Part shown: positions 9,650 to 19,555 of the stretch, in pieces | Layout of the letters: each line of letters opens with the position of its first letter | Position numbering within the stretch: the stretch's first letter is position 1 | From: Spirochaetia bacterium | Lineage (GTDB): Bacteria > Spirochaetota > Spirochaetia > CADAEX01 | Direction: 5' to 3' | Assembly (NCBI GenBank): GCA_963662265.2 | Contig: CAXXHA010000014.1 | Span: forward strand, 21,756-85,755 | Length of the DNA stretch: 64,000 bases | The notes under the pieces: model-generated | Told to the model about the DNA's origin: nothing | Database searches by the model: none | What the model saw: only the letters and a program-made list of their open reading frames with translations | Position numbers and translations under genes: made by a program

Positions 9650-12600
9650 TTAATAATTATCCATTATTGCGACAGAATTGACAAACATCATTTGTCCGCT
9701 TGATAACTGGTTTGGTATTTTATTCCATCCCCAGAACATGAATCTGCCCTGTCTTACGACACTGTAGTATGTTTCTGTGTCATTAATCTGTGCATAATTA
9801 TATCCGCCTGCCGGATTAGCACCTCCTGATCTGTGTACTGCCTTTCCATTTGAATCTGTAGTGAATATGGATTTTACAGTACCCTCAGAAGGATTTGTTC
9901 CAACATATGTTGAACTTACAGGCGTTCTCCATATTGTATTTGTTGAGCATACTTTAGCGTAATCCATCTTGCTGCTGTCAGGGAATGTCGCACTTTCTCC
10001 GTCTCCAATATCTGTCGGAGCCTGTCCTGAGAGTCCCCATGATGTGAAATTGTCTTCAATCCTGTCAAGAACCCAGCATCCGTTACCCATTGTGATTATA
10101 CCTTGTTCAGCAGCAGCAATATTTCTTACCCATCCGTCTCTTCCGGAATTTGTATATGAATAAGTTAATCCGGGAGTTATGATTGCAGGTTTTCCGTAAA
10201 CAATATTTGATGATGAATATGTCTCTGAGATTTCTGTATCCTTTAATATTTTAACGCTCCAGTCTGGCTGAGTTCCGCTTGCCCAGGAGCTATAGTATGA
10301 GGGGAAATTTCTCTTAATTATATTATTTCTTAAATTAACTGCCAGATTGTAATCTGTTGTATCTCCGTCATCATAAATAATTACTACATCTGCGGCAAAT
10401 CCTGATTTATCAGAACCTCCGGGACCTGTGTAAAAAGTATTAAGATTATGCCAGCTTCCATTATAAAAATGGCCTATTCTTACGAAATAATAGTAGTCAG
10501 TTTCTTCTTCGATTACCGGCACCTGATCACCGCTGTTATAGATATAGTTTCTGTAACCTGCAGTTGGACTTGAATCATCAGGATTTGTACTTGCATAGAT
10601 CCTGTAGCGTACATCCTCGCCAGCCGCTGTATCTTCTGAAACTGTATTGAGAAATACTTTCACATATCCCTTGCTTCCCGGGCGTCCTCTTGTTACATAG
10701 GAAATTGACGGTCTGTCAAGGATTATTGTGTCCCTGTGGTCATATATTCCTGAAGTGTTTCCCGCATCATCCATGACCTGAACATAAACATATTTTGTCG
10801 CGTCAGAATCGCTTAATGTAATATTTTCTGTTGTGCTGTATGGTTCATAGTCTGTCCAGACATAGGTGCTTCCGACAATATATCTGAATCTCATCTGATA
10901 ACCTGCTGTTGATGTATCATCAGTATCAATTGTCAGTGTAACATTTTGATCATAAGCATATTTTCTGCCGTTATTGATAAGTATACTCACATTGGAAGGC
11001 GCCTGTGTATCAAGTTCAACTTCATCATAGTATGATGAGGATGTGTTACCTGCTTTGTCTTTATACAGACAGTAAACCTTTTTAGTGCCGTCTGTTTCCG
11101 GAAGTCTCAATGTCCATCCTGTTCTGTCTGCATCATAACTTTCCCAGCCATTCCATGAGGTTTCACCGGAATTAAGAATATTCATCTGGTAAACACCGTT
11201 AGCATCGGTGACATTGCTGTAAAGAGTAACATTGGTGTAGTTTATTGCTTCATCAGGCGTTTCACTTGTTCCTGCTATATGAAAGCTGTTGCATGTCGGG
11301 GCAACTGTATCTAGAATAATTGTATCTGTTACTGTGTTTGAAATATTTCCCGCGGCATCTTTATACCTGAAATAAACAGTTTTTGTTCCATCGCTTGTTG
11401 TTACGTTTGTTGTTATGTCCCAGTCGGGATGAGTTGTATTGTATGAATACCAGCCTGACCAGTTTGTGTTGTCGTTACTGAAACTCATCTGAGTCGGGCT
11501 TCCTGAAACAGTATTGTAAAGATTGTTTTTTGTATTTCTTGTTGTTGTGTTGTCTGCTGCAGTACCATAGACATAACAGCTGCCTGCAACCGGCTTTGTT
11601 GTGTCAAGTATAATTGTATCTGATAATACAGGACCTGGAATTCCAAGAGACGATCTGAATTGTACATAAACAGTTTTTGTCCCGTCTCCTGCTGTCAGCG
11701 GCCAGTCAGGATAAGTTTTTTGATTAATTGTTCCGTATTCAATCCAGGAGGCTGATGAAAGTTCAGAACTTGAATTTGCAATTCTGTATTCAGATCCGTC
11801 TGCTGCCAGGTTCATATTGATATTAACATACCTGTTTGTATCATTTGTATATACAGATCCATTGTTAATTACAAAACTGCCATCAGGAGGTGTTGTATTG
11901 AGAGTTATGGTATCATTTACAGATGAACCTGAAATATTTCCTGCATTATCCTTAAACCAAGCATACACATACATTGTATCTCCATTGACCCATTCTCCTG
12001 AAGGAGGAGCGTAGGATGCTGTTGCTGCATAAGGAATCCACTCGGCATCTGTATAGTCATTTTCAAACCAGAAAGCCATTTCTGAAAGGCCTGAACCTGT
12101 ATCAGAAGCTGATATATTGGTAATATTTACAGTCGAGCTGCCTGTTTCACTATCACCATTATTGATTTCAATTAATGTTCCTGTCGGTAATGTTCTGTCA
12201 AGTGTTATTGAAGCGGAACACTTATTATCAATATCCATTTCATTTCCTAGTGAATCGCTGAATAAAACATAAACAGTCTGTTCTCCGTCTGAATCGGCTA
12301 AATTCCAGGATGGTTCTGAATTAAAAGCAATCCATGCAGGTGCATCGGACAAATTGCTAAGGTTTGATATTTTCATTTTTGAGTTTTGAGGTTTTCCGAA
12401 ATCAACTCCCGGATCATCACTTGAAAGGTTAAGGGTAACTGCCCTGTTATTTGTATAAAGGCTACCGGTGTTGATTTGAACGCTTCCAGTCGGTGGAGTT
12501 TCGTCAAATTTTATTGTATCAAAAGTTTTTGCTGATTCATTACCCAGAGAGTCTCTGAATTTTATTACTACCGGTCTTAATCCTTCTTTCGGTTCTATTT

Positions 12601-13933
12601 CCCAGGATTTTGTTACAGAATAACTTTCCCATAACGGGTCAAGATATGCTTCACTTACAGGATCCCATTGTCCTATTATGCCTGATACATCATTCGATAT
12701 AAACATTTCCATCTGATCGTAATTTGCACCTGAATCAACAAGAGCATCCTCAGCAGCTATTGAAAGATTAAGTGATGTTGTATTTGTGTAGGAATTATTA
12801 GGATTGTTTGGAGTATTATAAAATGCAATTCCTTTTTCCGCGGGAACTTCCGCTGTTGCAGCAGCTAAAGGAGCAGTTGTATCCAGTGTTATAGTTTTTG
12901 TAATCAGATTAGTTTTATTCGCAGTATAATCAGCAGGTGTTCCTCCGCCTGATACACCTGCAAGACTGTTGTAGCATGCATCTTCAAAATCTATATAAAC
13001 TGTTTTCTCCCCATCGCCGTCTGTAAGTTCCCAGTTCATATTGTTTGTAAACTCAAATTGATTGAAATTTACTGATTGCGAATCATCATTGCTTATATAT
13101 AAAAAAGATAGACCTGAACCGTCATCATCCCCGTCTATATCTGTAAGTGAAATATTTCTTGAATTTGTATATAAAGGATTTGTTCCATTTATATTAAAAA
13201 CACAGTTGAATGGCGGTTCAGAATCCTCTGCCTTTCCTGTTCTGAATGTTGTAGGGGATATATAGTTTTCTCTGAGTGTAATACCAAGTTCATCCTCCAC
13301 ATTTTTATCAACCTGAATCGAGTATGTTGTATATTTTTCCCATATATTTTCCGGAATAAATGTCAGTACATGATTGAGGTATGTCATTGTTCCCTGGACC
13401 TGGGATTCATCGCTTTCTTTGATTATTTTAACAGTAGAGCTGTTTAAAAGCGATGCTTTCATGTCCTTACTGAATTTGATAAGAACTTTTGAGTTTCTGC
13501 TGATATCATTTCCTGAGGGTGTTGAATATTTAACATAGGGTCTTTCCTCGAAAACCGCCTTTATAACGGCATCTCCACCAAGTACTTTGAATGAAGTTTC
13601 CGCGCTTTCAGGCGAATCAAAAACAACCCGCCCTGAACCTGAAACTTTTTCCCATCTCATGAATGCATGCGTTTGGTAAGGGCTTGCAAGAATCTGCTGC
13701 GGTATATCTTCTTTCATTGTGATGGAACCAGAAAGGTTTACAATACCGTTTTCAGGTGTTTCAACTGTAAGATTGTATTGCTCTGCAGTAGCCTCTTTCA
13801 CCTCTGTCTCAATAGTCTCTGTAAGCTTGTCTTCGAGAGGGGAAGGGCATGATACTAAAATTATAAACAGCCCGTAAAATGCTGTCCTGAGTACTGCTTT
13901 CATTATTCTGCCTGATTTTACTAGTCTTCCCAT
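9650..13933 (-). CDS. Large (1427 aa) surface lipoprotein with SbsA/Big_5-like Ig domain and multiple tandem Ig-like repeats
   Basis: Lipobox LVSC; 'STPSG...IKFSKDM...LTFIP' Ig domain; recurring 'DG.KTVY..F.D..GN.S...D.I.LD.T.P' units; Thr/Ser/Asn/Asp-rich. Confidence 0.75.
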   Translation of the reverse strand: MGRLVKSGRIMKAVLRTAFYGLFIILVSCPSPLEDKLTETIETEVKEATAEQYNLTVETPENGIVNLSGSITMKEDIPQQILASPYQTHAFMRWEKVSGSGRVVFDSPESAETSFKVLGGDAVIKAVFEERPYVKYSTPSGNDISRNSKVLIKFSKDMKASLLNSSTVKIIKESDESQVQGTMTYLNHVLTFIPENIWEKYTTYSIQVDKNVEDELGITLRENYISPTTFRTGKAEDSEPPFNCVFNINGTNPLYTNSRNISLTDIDGDDDGSGLSFLYISNDDSQSVNFNQFEFTNNMNWELTDGDGEKTVYIDFEDACYNSLAGVSGGGTPADYTANKTNLITKTITLDTTAPLAAATAEVPAEKGIAFYNTPNNPNNSYTNTTSLNLSIAAEDALVDSGANYDQMEMFISNDVSGIIGQWDPVSEAYLDPLWESYSVTKSWEIEPKEGLRPVVIKFRDSLGNESAKTFDTIKFDETPPTGSVQINTGSLYTNNRAVTLNLSSDDPGVDFGKPQNSKMKISNLSNLSDAPAWIAFNSEPSWNLADSDGEQTVYVLFSDSLGNEMDIDNKCSASITLDRTLPTGTLIEINNGDSETGSSTVNITNISASDTGSGLSEMAFWFENDYTDAEWIPYAATASYAPPSGEWVNGDTMYVYAWFKDNAGNISGSSVNDTITLNTTPPDGSFVINNGSVYTNDTNRYVNINMNLAADGSEYRIANSSSELSSASWIEYGTINQKTYPDWPLTAGDGTKTVYVQFRSSLGIPGPVLSDTIILDTTKPVAGSCYVYGTAADNTTTRNTKNNLYNTVSGSPTQMSFSNDNTNWSGWYSYNTTHPDWDITTNVTTSDGTKTVYFRYKDAAGNISNTVTDTIILDTVAPTCNSFHIAGTSETPDEAINYTNVTLYSNVTDANGVYQMNILNSGETSWNGWESYDADRTGWTLRLPETDGTKKVYCLYKDKAGNTSSSYYDEVELDTQAPSNVSILINNGRKYAYDQNVTLTIDTDDTSTAGYQMRFRYIVGSTYVWTDYEPYSTTENITLSDSDATKYVYVQVMDDAGNTSGIYDHRDTIILDRPSISYVTRGRPGSKGYVKVFLNTVSEDTAAGEDVRYRIYASTNPDDSSPTAGYRNYIYNSGDQVPVIEEETDYYYFVRIGHFYNGSWHNLNTFYTGPGGSDKSGFAADVVIIYDDGDTTDYNLAVNLRNNIIKRNFPSYYSSWASGTQPDWSVKILKDTEISETYSSSNIVYGKPAIITPGLTYSYTNSGRDGWVRNIAAAEQGIITMGNGCWVLDRIEDNFTSWGLSGQAPTDIGDGESATFPDSSKMDYAKVCSTNTIWRTPVSSTYVGTNPSEGTVKSIFTTDSNGKAVHRSGGANPAGGYNYAQINDTETYYSVVRQGRFMFWGWNKIPNQLSSGQMMFVNSVAIMDNY

Positions 13934-15969
13934 TCTGTTACCTCGTGATTTTTAACCTGTGATGCCCTGCCTACCGCAATGTTATCTGATCCGAGATGGG
14001 GATAATCCATGGCAAGCTTCGGGTTAGCAGTTTCCAGTTTTCTGAAATTACTGTTTGCAGCTTTTATATCGCCAGTATCATAGCTGCTTCTTGCAAGTCC
14101 CAGGAGTACTTTTGAATTCTTTGGTGAAAGTCTTTCAGCCCTTGCAAAGTATTTAAATGCTTCTGCGCCATTGTCTTTTGTAAGATATATGTTGCCAAGG
14201 TTTATGAGTGATGGAAGATATTCATTTTTTGCCACGACTTTCTGAAACTCTGCTTCTGCCTTGTCAAACTGGCCGTATCTTGCGTAAAGAACTCCCAGCT
14301 TGTTTCCCCTGGCTGCGTTGAACCCTGATTTATTTATCTGCGCCCTTAGTCTCTGTTCAGTAATCCTGATTTCTCCCCTGATAAAGCTGTCGAGTGATTT
14401 CTCGTAAACAGCAACTATATCATTTGAAACAGGAAGGGGAACCCTTATTTCATTGCCCGGCATACCGACAGGTTCATATTTTTTCCATGAACTCTGGGTC
14501 GGGTAGAGTCTTGCAGTCTCAAGGTTTTTGTTGTCTCTCCATTCTCTTGCCCCTGTCTGCCATGCTTTTATAAATCCCTCGTTAAACATTGTGATTTCAA
14601 CAGGTACCCAGGTTTTATCATCTATGAAAATGAAATTACTTGAATCCTTGAAGTATTTTTTTGCCTTTTCAGGTTCCATGTCGAGTGAGAATGCTGCATA
14701 TATGTGCCCGGGAATTGTTATGAAGGCTGTTTCAATACCGATAGATTCGAGGGATGCGCAGAAAAGTACTGTAAGGTCGTCACAATCCCCCCCCTTGTAG
14801 GAAAGCGTCTGGGTCGGGAACTGAAGATAGTCGGGAGTTTCAGTTTTCCCTGCAAACTCGGCATAGGGTGTTGTCGGGTCTATAACATAATTCATGCCGT
14901 AGAGCTTCAGTGTTTCAAACATACCCATCCCGAGTCTGAAGTTAAGGTTGACAGCCTTGCTTCCGTTTTCCCGTAAAAGACCTGCAGTGTATTTTGAAAA
15001 CCTTAAGAGACCGGGATCTTTTGCAGTAATAAATGCTGATATCTTCTCATCATCATCCCAGAGCATTGCGTTCCTGTGATGAAGCCTTAGTGTCTCGGTA
15101 AGAGTTTTTTCAAACTTGGCACTTACATAGTCATATTCAACTATGATGTCTGCGCTCACCTTTGTCGCTTCTGTTATTTTAAGTATATCTTCGTTGAAAA
15201 GAGCTACAACAGGAATTTCCTTTTTTCCGTTTCTCGGAATTGTCTTGTATTCAGCGCAAAGCTTTGGCTGTGACATATACTGCTTGATGAAAAACTTGAC
15301 TCTTACATTGTTTATGCTTCCGTTTTCAAGATTCTCTATAGTCACTTTACCGAAATTATGATCATCGTAGTATTTATAGAATACAGGGTATATCTGGTTG
15401 AATTGAACATTGTTGACATCTATGTTGCCGCTGTTGCCTGTTCCGGGAGACATGCTTGCTCCGACTGATATTTTTATCCCTTCAAACCGGGGATCAGCAG
15501 CTGTAAGGAAGCGGTAATATCCCCCTTCTGCTATTATACTTAAATTGGGTTTCAGATAATATGAAGTTCTCAGGTTTCCGCCGATATAGGGATTTTTCTC
15601 CTTGAGATTGTTATAGGTAGCAAAATAATACCCTGCATCTGCGAACAGGGAAACATTGAACCTGGAAGTCAGAAAATGGTTTATCCCGGCGTTTGCTCCT
15701 GCAGTTGTCATTGTAAGGTCATTTTCAGCAGGTGTTGCCATTATATTGTATCCTGCATTTGCCCCTATCTGAAAGTAGGTGAAAATAGGCAGTTCCGCAT
15801 AGAATTTAATACCTGCGCCATTGTCATAAGTATCAGAGCTGTCACTCAGCGGCAGATAATATGAAGGAAGTAAATTCCATTTCACGCTCTGGAAAAAATC
15901 GGCATATGTATTTACTGCAACTGCAGCGAATAAAACTGCTGCAAGCAGTAATCCCTGCTTTTTTAACAT
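13921..15969 (-). CDS. Exported protein: N-terminal outer-membrane beta-barrel-like region + transglutaminase-like Cys domain + TPR
   Basis: Signal peptide; alternating aromatic beta-strands (aa ~25-170); GGDCDD...PGHIY...WVPVEIT; C-terminal TPR motifs (NKLGVLYA, INLGNIY). Confidence 0.65.
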   Translation of the reverse strand: MLKKQGLLLAAVLFAAVAVNTYADFFQSVKWNLLPSYYLPLSDSSDTYDNGAGIKFYAELPIFTYFQIGANAGYNIMATPAENDLTMTTAGANAGINHFLTSRFNVSLFADAGYYFATYNNLKEKNPYIGGNLRTSYYLKPNLSIIAEGGYYRFLTAADPRFEGIKISVGASMSPGTGNSGNIDVNNVQFNQIYPVFYKYYDDHNFGKVTIENLENGSINNVRVKFFIKQYMSQPKLCAEYKTIPRNGKKEIPVVALFNEDILKITEATKVSADIIVEYDYVSAKFEKTLTETLRLHHRNAMLWDDDEKISAFITAKDPGLLRFSKYTAGLLRENGSKAVNLNFRLGMGMFETLKLYGMNYVIDPTTPYAEFAGKTETPDYLQFPTQTLSYKGGDCDDLTVLFCASLESIGIETAFITIPGHIYAAFSLDMEPEKAKKYFKDSSNFIFIDDKTWVPVEITMFNEGFIKAWQTGAREWRDNKNLETARLYPTQSSWKKYEPVGMPGNEIRVPLPVSNDIVAVYEKSLDSFIRGEIRITEQRLRAQINKSGFNAARGNKLGVLYARYGQFDKAEAEFQKVVAKNEYLPSLINLGNIYLTKDNGAEAFKYFARAERLSPKNSKVLLGLARSSYDTGDIKAANSNFRKLETANPKLAMDYPHLGSDNIAVGRASQVKNHEVTEWED

Positions 15970-16362
15970 TTCGTACTCCTGGCTAAATAATTTAAAAATA
16001 TTCTTGATTACAGATAACTTTTTAATTAATAATCAGTAACTATTACTGTTTCTTCACACAAGTATATAGCAGAATAATAGCAGTAACAAGAATTTACACA
16101 GTATATAGAGGTAAAAATGCAAATTAAACTTCGGAAACATGTTATTTTTTTATTTCTGTATGCTTTGAGTATGATGATTCAGGGAAATTAAAATATTTAT
16201 TCTTCTAAAAACATGATTAGATATTCATTATTTTGAAAAAATATACTATAAACGTCTTTAATATACTGAATACAGGTAAGATTTTAATATATTCAGTCAG
16301 ATGCAGCTTTATATATTTTATTTAATTTGATTTTCAGTAAAGATAAAAATCAGGAGATTTTC

Positions 16363-17478
16363 ATGTTAAAGATTGGATTTGTCGGCTACAGGGGGATGGT
16401 TGGATCTGTCCTGATGCAGCGGATGGTTGAGGAAAATGATTTTGCTGGAATTGAAAAGCAGTTCTTTTCAACTTCACAGGCAGGGAAAAGCGATACATAT
16501 GCAGGCGGAGATACCGGTATTCTCGAAGATGCATTTAATATAGATAAACTCAAAACGATGGATGTTATAGTTACCTGCCAGGGAGGAAGCTATACGGAAA
16601 AAGTATATCCTGAACTAATGACAGCTGGCTGGAAGGGTTACTGGATTGATGCTGCATCAACCTTAAGAATGGAAAAAGATAGTATTATTGTTCTTGATCC
16701 TGTTAACAGGCCGGTAATTGACAAGGCTCTTAAAGATGGAGTTAAGACATATGTGGGGGGGAACTGCACAGTAAGCCTCATGCTTATGGGTATTGGATCA
16801 CTCTTTACAAACAATCTTGTCGAGTGGGTTACATCAATGACTTACCAGGCTTCATCCGGTGCAGGCGCTAAAAATATGAAAGAGCTCCTTGCCCAGATGG
16901 TTTCGCTTGGCAAAGTTTCAGGCGAAACAATATATGATCCTGCTTCTGCAATTCTTGAAATTGACAGGGCAGTTACTGAAGAAATGAGAAGTACAGCTTT
17001 TCCTGTCGACAATTTCAGAGTGCCTCTTGCAGGGAGCGTTATCCCGTGGATTGACAAGAAACTTGATAACGGACAGTCAAAAGAGGAATGGAAAGGTGTT
17101 TCTGAAACTAATAAAATACTTCAGACAAAAAAACAGATTCCTATTGACGGTATCTGTGTAAGAATCGGTGCAATGAGATGCCACAGCCAGGGTATTACTG
17201 TTAAAATGAATAAAGATGTACCTCTTGATGAGATTTACAGCATGATTGCAGAGGCTAACGAGTGGGTTAAGGTTATACCTAATGAAGTTGAGGATACGAT
17301 CAGAGCTCTTACTCCTGCTGCTGTTACAGGCACACTAGATATTCCTGTCGGAAGAATGAGGAAGATGAATCTCGGACCTGAGTACCTAACACTTTTCACA
17401 GTAGGAGACCAGCTTCTCTGGGGTGCTGCTGAACCGGTAAGGAGAATGCTTAACATAGTCAGAGAATATCTCGAATAG
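16363..17478 (+). CDS. asd: Aspartate-semialdehyde dehydrogenase (E. coli-like type)
   Basis: [46 protein letters not shown]; AGGAG RBS. Confidence 0.96.
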   Translation: MLKIGFVGYRGMVGSVLMQRMVEENDFAGIEKQFFSTSQAGKSDTYAGGDTGILEDAFNIDKLKTMDVIVTCQGGSYTEKVYPELMTAGWKGYWIDAASTLRMEKDSIIVLDPVNRPVIDKALKDGVKTYVGGNCTVSLMLMGIGSLFTNNLVEWVTSMTYQASSGAGAKNMKELLAQMVSLGKVSGETIYDPASAILEIDRAVTEEMRSTAFPVDNFRVPLAGSVIPWIDKKLDNGQSKEEWKGVSETNKILQTKKQIPIDGICVRIGAMRCHSQGITVKMNKDVPLDEIYSMIAEANEWVKVIPNEVEDTIRALTPAAVTGTLDIPVGRMRKMNLGPEYLTLFTVGDQLLWGAAEPVRRMLNIVREYLE

Positions 17479-17497
17479 TCCCTATTCTTATGAAAAT

Positions 17498-17528
17498 AAA
17501 CGCTGCAGATAAAAATGCAGCGTTTTTT
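17498..17528 (+). terminator. Intrinsic terminator after asd
   Basis: AAACGCTGCA-loop-TGCAGCGTTTTTT. Confidence 0.75.
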
Positions 17529-17649
17529 ATTTCTATAACTCCCAGTGGGAAAGATTTGTTTTTGTATGGTTAAAACAATATAATTATTAAAGATGAAATA
17601 TTGTTTTGATCCTGAAAAATATATTTTATGAAATGAAAGAAGAGGTTTT

Positions 17650-18117
17650 ATGTCAGGTGATATAGTTGTTTGTGAAAAACAGGAAAAATATGCTTTGACT
17701 TTGAGAAAAATAATTTCCTATGATGAGATACCTGAGGAGTATGATAATGGCTACAGGATGATTAACAATTATCTTAAAAGCATAAATATAACTCCGTCAG
17801 GAGATGCTTTTGCCATATATCACAATACACATATGGATAAGGTGGATGTAGAAATAGGTTTCCCTGTTGCAGATGAGACTGAAGGGAAGGGTGATATTCT
17901 TAAATCAAAAACTGTTGCAGGCAAGGCAGCAGAATCTGTTTTCAAAGGTCCCTATACAAGGATGGAACCTGTTTACAATAAAATAACAAACTGGATAATT
18001 GAAAACAATTATCATCCTACAGGTGTTGTGTATGAAGAATATCTGAATGATCCCGGAACAACCCCTCCCGAAGAATTACTGACAAGAATCGGTTTTATTC
18101 TGGAAAAAACTGAATAG
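17650..18117 (+). CDS. GyrI-like small-molecule-binding protein
   Basis: DVEIGFPV, FKGPY, YEEYLNDP..PEELLT motifs. Confidence 0.82.
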   Translation: MSGDIVVCEKQEKYALTLRKIISYDEIPEEYDNGYRMINNYLKSINITPSGDAFAIYHNTHMDKVDVEIGFPVADETEGKGDILKSKTVAGKAAESVFKGPYTRMEPVYNKITNWIIENNYHPTGVVYEEYLNDPGTTPPEELLTRIGFILEKTE

Positions 18118-18123
18118 ATGTTT

Positions 18124-18900
18124 TCAGAGTTTATTTAAAATATTTTTCATATTATTCTGAAGATTACTGTAAATGAAGTTGTGTATTTTCTTTGTAGAAA
18201 GTTCCTCAATATCAGAAAACATTAAAACACAGCTGCCGTTTGAGTTGTTTCTGTGTGCTGCTACTATGCCGTTTACCCTGCATATAATTCCCTTGAGTTG
18301 CAGCTGAATATTTTCAATATATGTGTGAAGAGGTATAATAATATCTTCATTAAGAACAATAGCCATTCCTACAACACTGATATCAGTAATATTGCCACTG
18401 TATAAAAGGTCATTATATTTAAAATTAAGTTTTGTATTATCAGAATCAAAATTTGAAGCTCTTAGAAACTTCCTTCTGCCTTTTGCTTCATTGACTTTTA
18501 AAGTTTTAAGAATGGTTATGGCGCTTTGTTCAAGAGAAAGACTTAACAGTATAAAACCGCATGGAAGCATCATTTCCATAAGAAATTTTTGTGCCAGTTG
18601 CTGATCCTTATTGTAAGTCAGTATACCGATTCTACTTATATTTTCCTGACTTTCCAGCATTGATTTTATATATTTTTCCCACTCTTCATGATCAAGTTTT
18701 TCATCAATATTTATAAAGAGAATGGATTCAGGAAATATTTTGGAAATTTCAAGCATTCTGTTATGATCACTGATCGAATAAACTTCATATTCATTATTTA
18801 TGAGAATGTTTATCATGTCGTTCTGTATGACACTGTGAGGGTAGAGGAAAAAGACTTTTCTGCCCATTACTTCAGGATTTTCATTACTGGCTTTGCTCAT
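18124..18900 (-). CDS. PilZ-domain (c-di-GMP-binding) protein with N-terminal receiver-like region
   Basis: RKFLR (RxxxR) and DISVVG (DxSxxG) PilZ motifs intact. Confidence 0.72.
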   Translation of the reverse strand: MSKASNENPEVMGRKVFFLYPHSVIQNDMINILINNEYEVYSISDHNRMLEISKIFPESILFINIDEKLDHEEWEKYIKSMLESQENISRIGILTYNKDQQLAQKFLMEMMLPCGFILLSLSLEQSAITILKTLKVNEAKGRRKFLRASNFDSDNTKLNFKYNDLLYSGNITDISVVGMAIVLNEDIIIPLHTYIENIQLQLKGIICRVNGIVAAHRNNSNGSCVLMFSDIEELSTKKIHNFIYSNLQNNMKNILNKL

Positions 18901-18955
18901 GATAAAATTATAAATGCATTTTTTACTGTTGTCCAACCTAAAAATAATGTATAAT

Positions 18956-19047
18956 GATTGGCAGGTAAACCAAATGATTTCCTGTAAATATATAGTTTGC
19001 AGGTAAAGTATATCATTTTGGTCATCTTGAAAGTTGGCAGGTAAACT
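18956..19047 (+). promoter_or_regulatory. Three candidate MarR operator sites
   Basis: GCAGGTAAA at 18961, 18999 and 19037 (exact 38-bp period), each within an imperfect palindrome of consensus AGTTTGCAGGTAAACT. Confidence 0.6.
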
Positions 19048-19075
19048 TATTAAGGTTGTTTTGAGGGAGGTTTTT

Positions 19076-19483
19076 ATGGTTTTTAGGCAGATAATGGCTC
19101 TTTCACGTTCTCTTCACAGGTGTTTTAATGAAATAATAAAAAATACAGGTCTTGGATCGGGACAGGTCTTTATTTTATTGAAAATTGTTGAAAATCCCGG
19201 GCTTAATCAGGATTTACTGTGCAGAATTCTTGAACTTGATAAATCAACTGTTACAAAAGGGATGAAAACACTTTTACAGAATAAGTATATAATCAGGCTG
19301 CGCGACAAGAATGATATGAGAAACTGGATAGTTTATCCATCAAAGAAAGGTGAAGCAGTGTATGAAGAAATTAAAAAATATGCTGATGAATTTGAAATGA
19401 AAATTACCGGGGAAATGGAAAAGGACGAAATAAATCTGCTTGTGGAAATGCTGGAACGAATAAGTGAAAAAACGTTAATGTAA
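19076..19483 (+). CDS. MarR family transcriptional regulator
   Basis: NPGLNQ..L...L.LDKSTVT, YIIR..D..DMR; GGAGG RBS before ATG 19076. Confidence 0.88.
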   Translation: MVFRQIMALSRSLHRCFNEIIKNTGLGSGQVFILLKIVENPGLNQDLLCRILELDKSTVTKGMKTLLQNKYIIRLRDKNDMRNWIVYPSKKGEAVYEEIKKYADEFEMKITGEMEKDEINLLVEMLERISEKTLM

Positions 19484-19555
19484 ATAATAAATAATTATGG
19501 AAAATAAATATTGATAAAAATATAAATAAATGTTTTAGTTTAACAATTATTTAAA

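Noticed and set aside
16363-17478. Horizontal origin of the E. coli-type asd
   Set aside because: The sequence type is recognisable, but transfer cannot be judged without a phylogeny, and no mobility signatures flank it
18956-19047. Possible mini-CRISPR (regular 38-bp period)
   Set aside because: The conserved part is only 9-13 bp and palindromic like an operator; its position upstream of marR explains it
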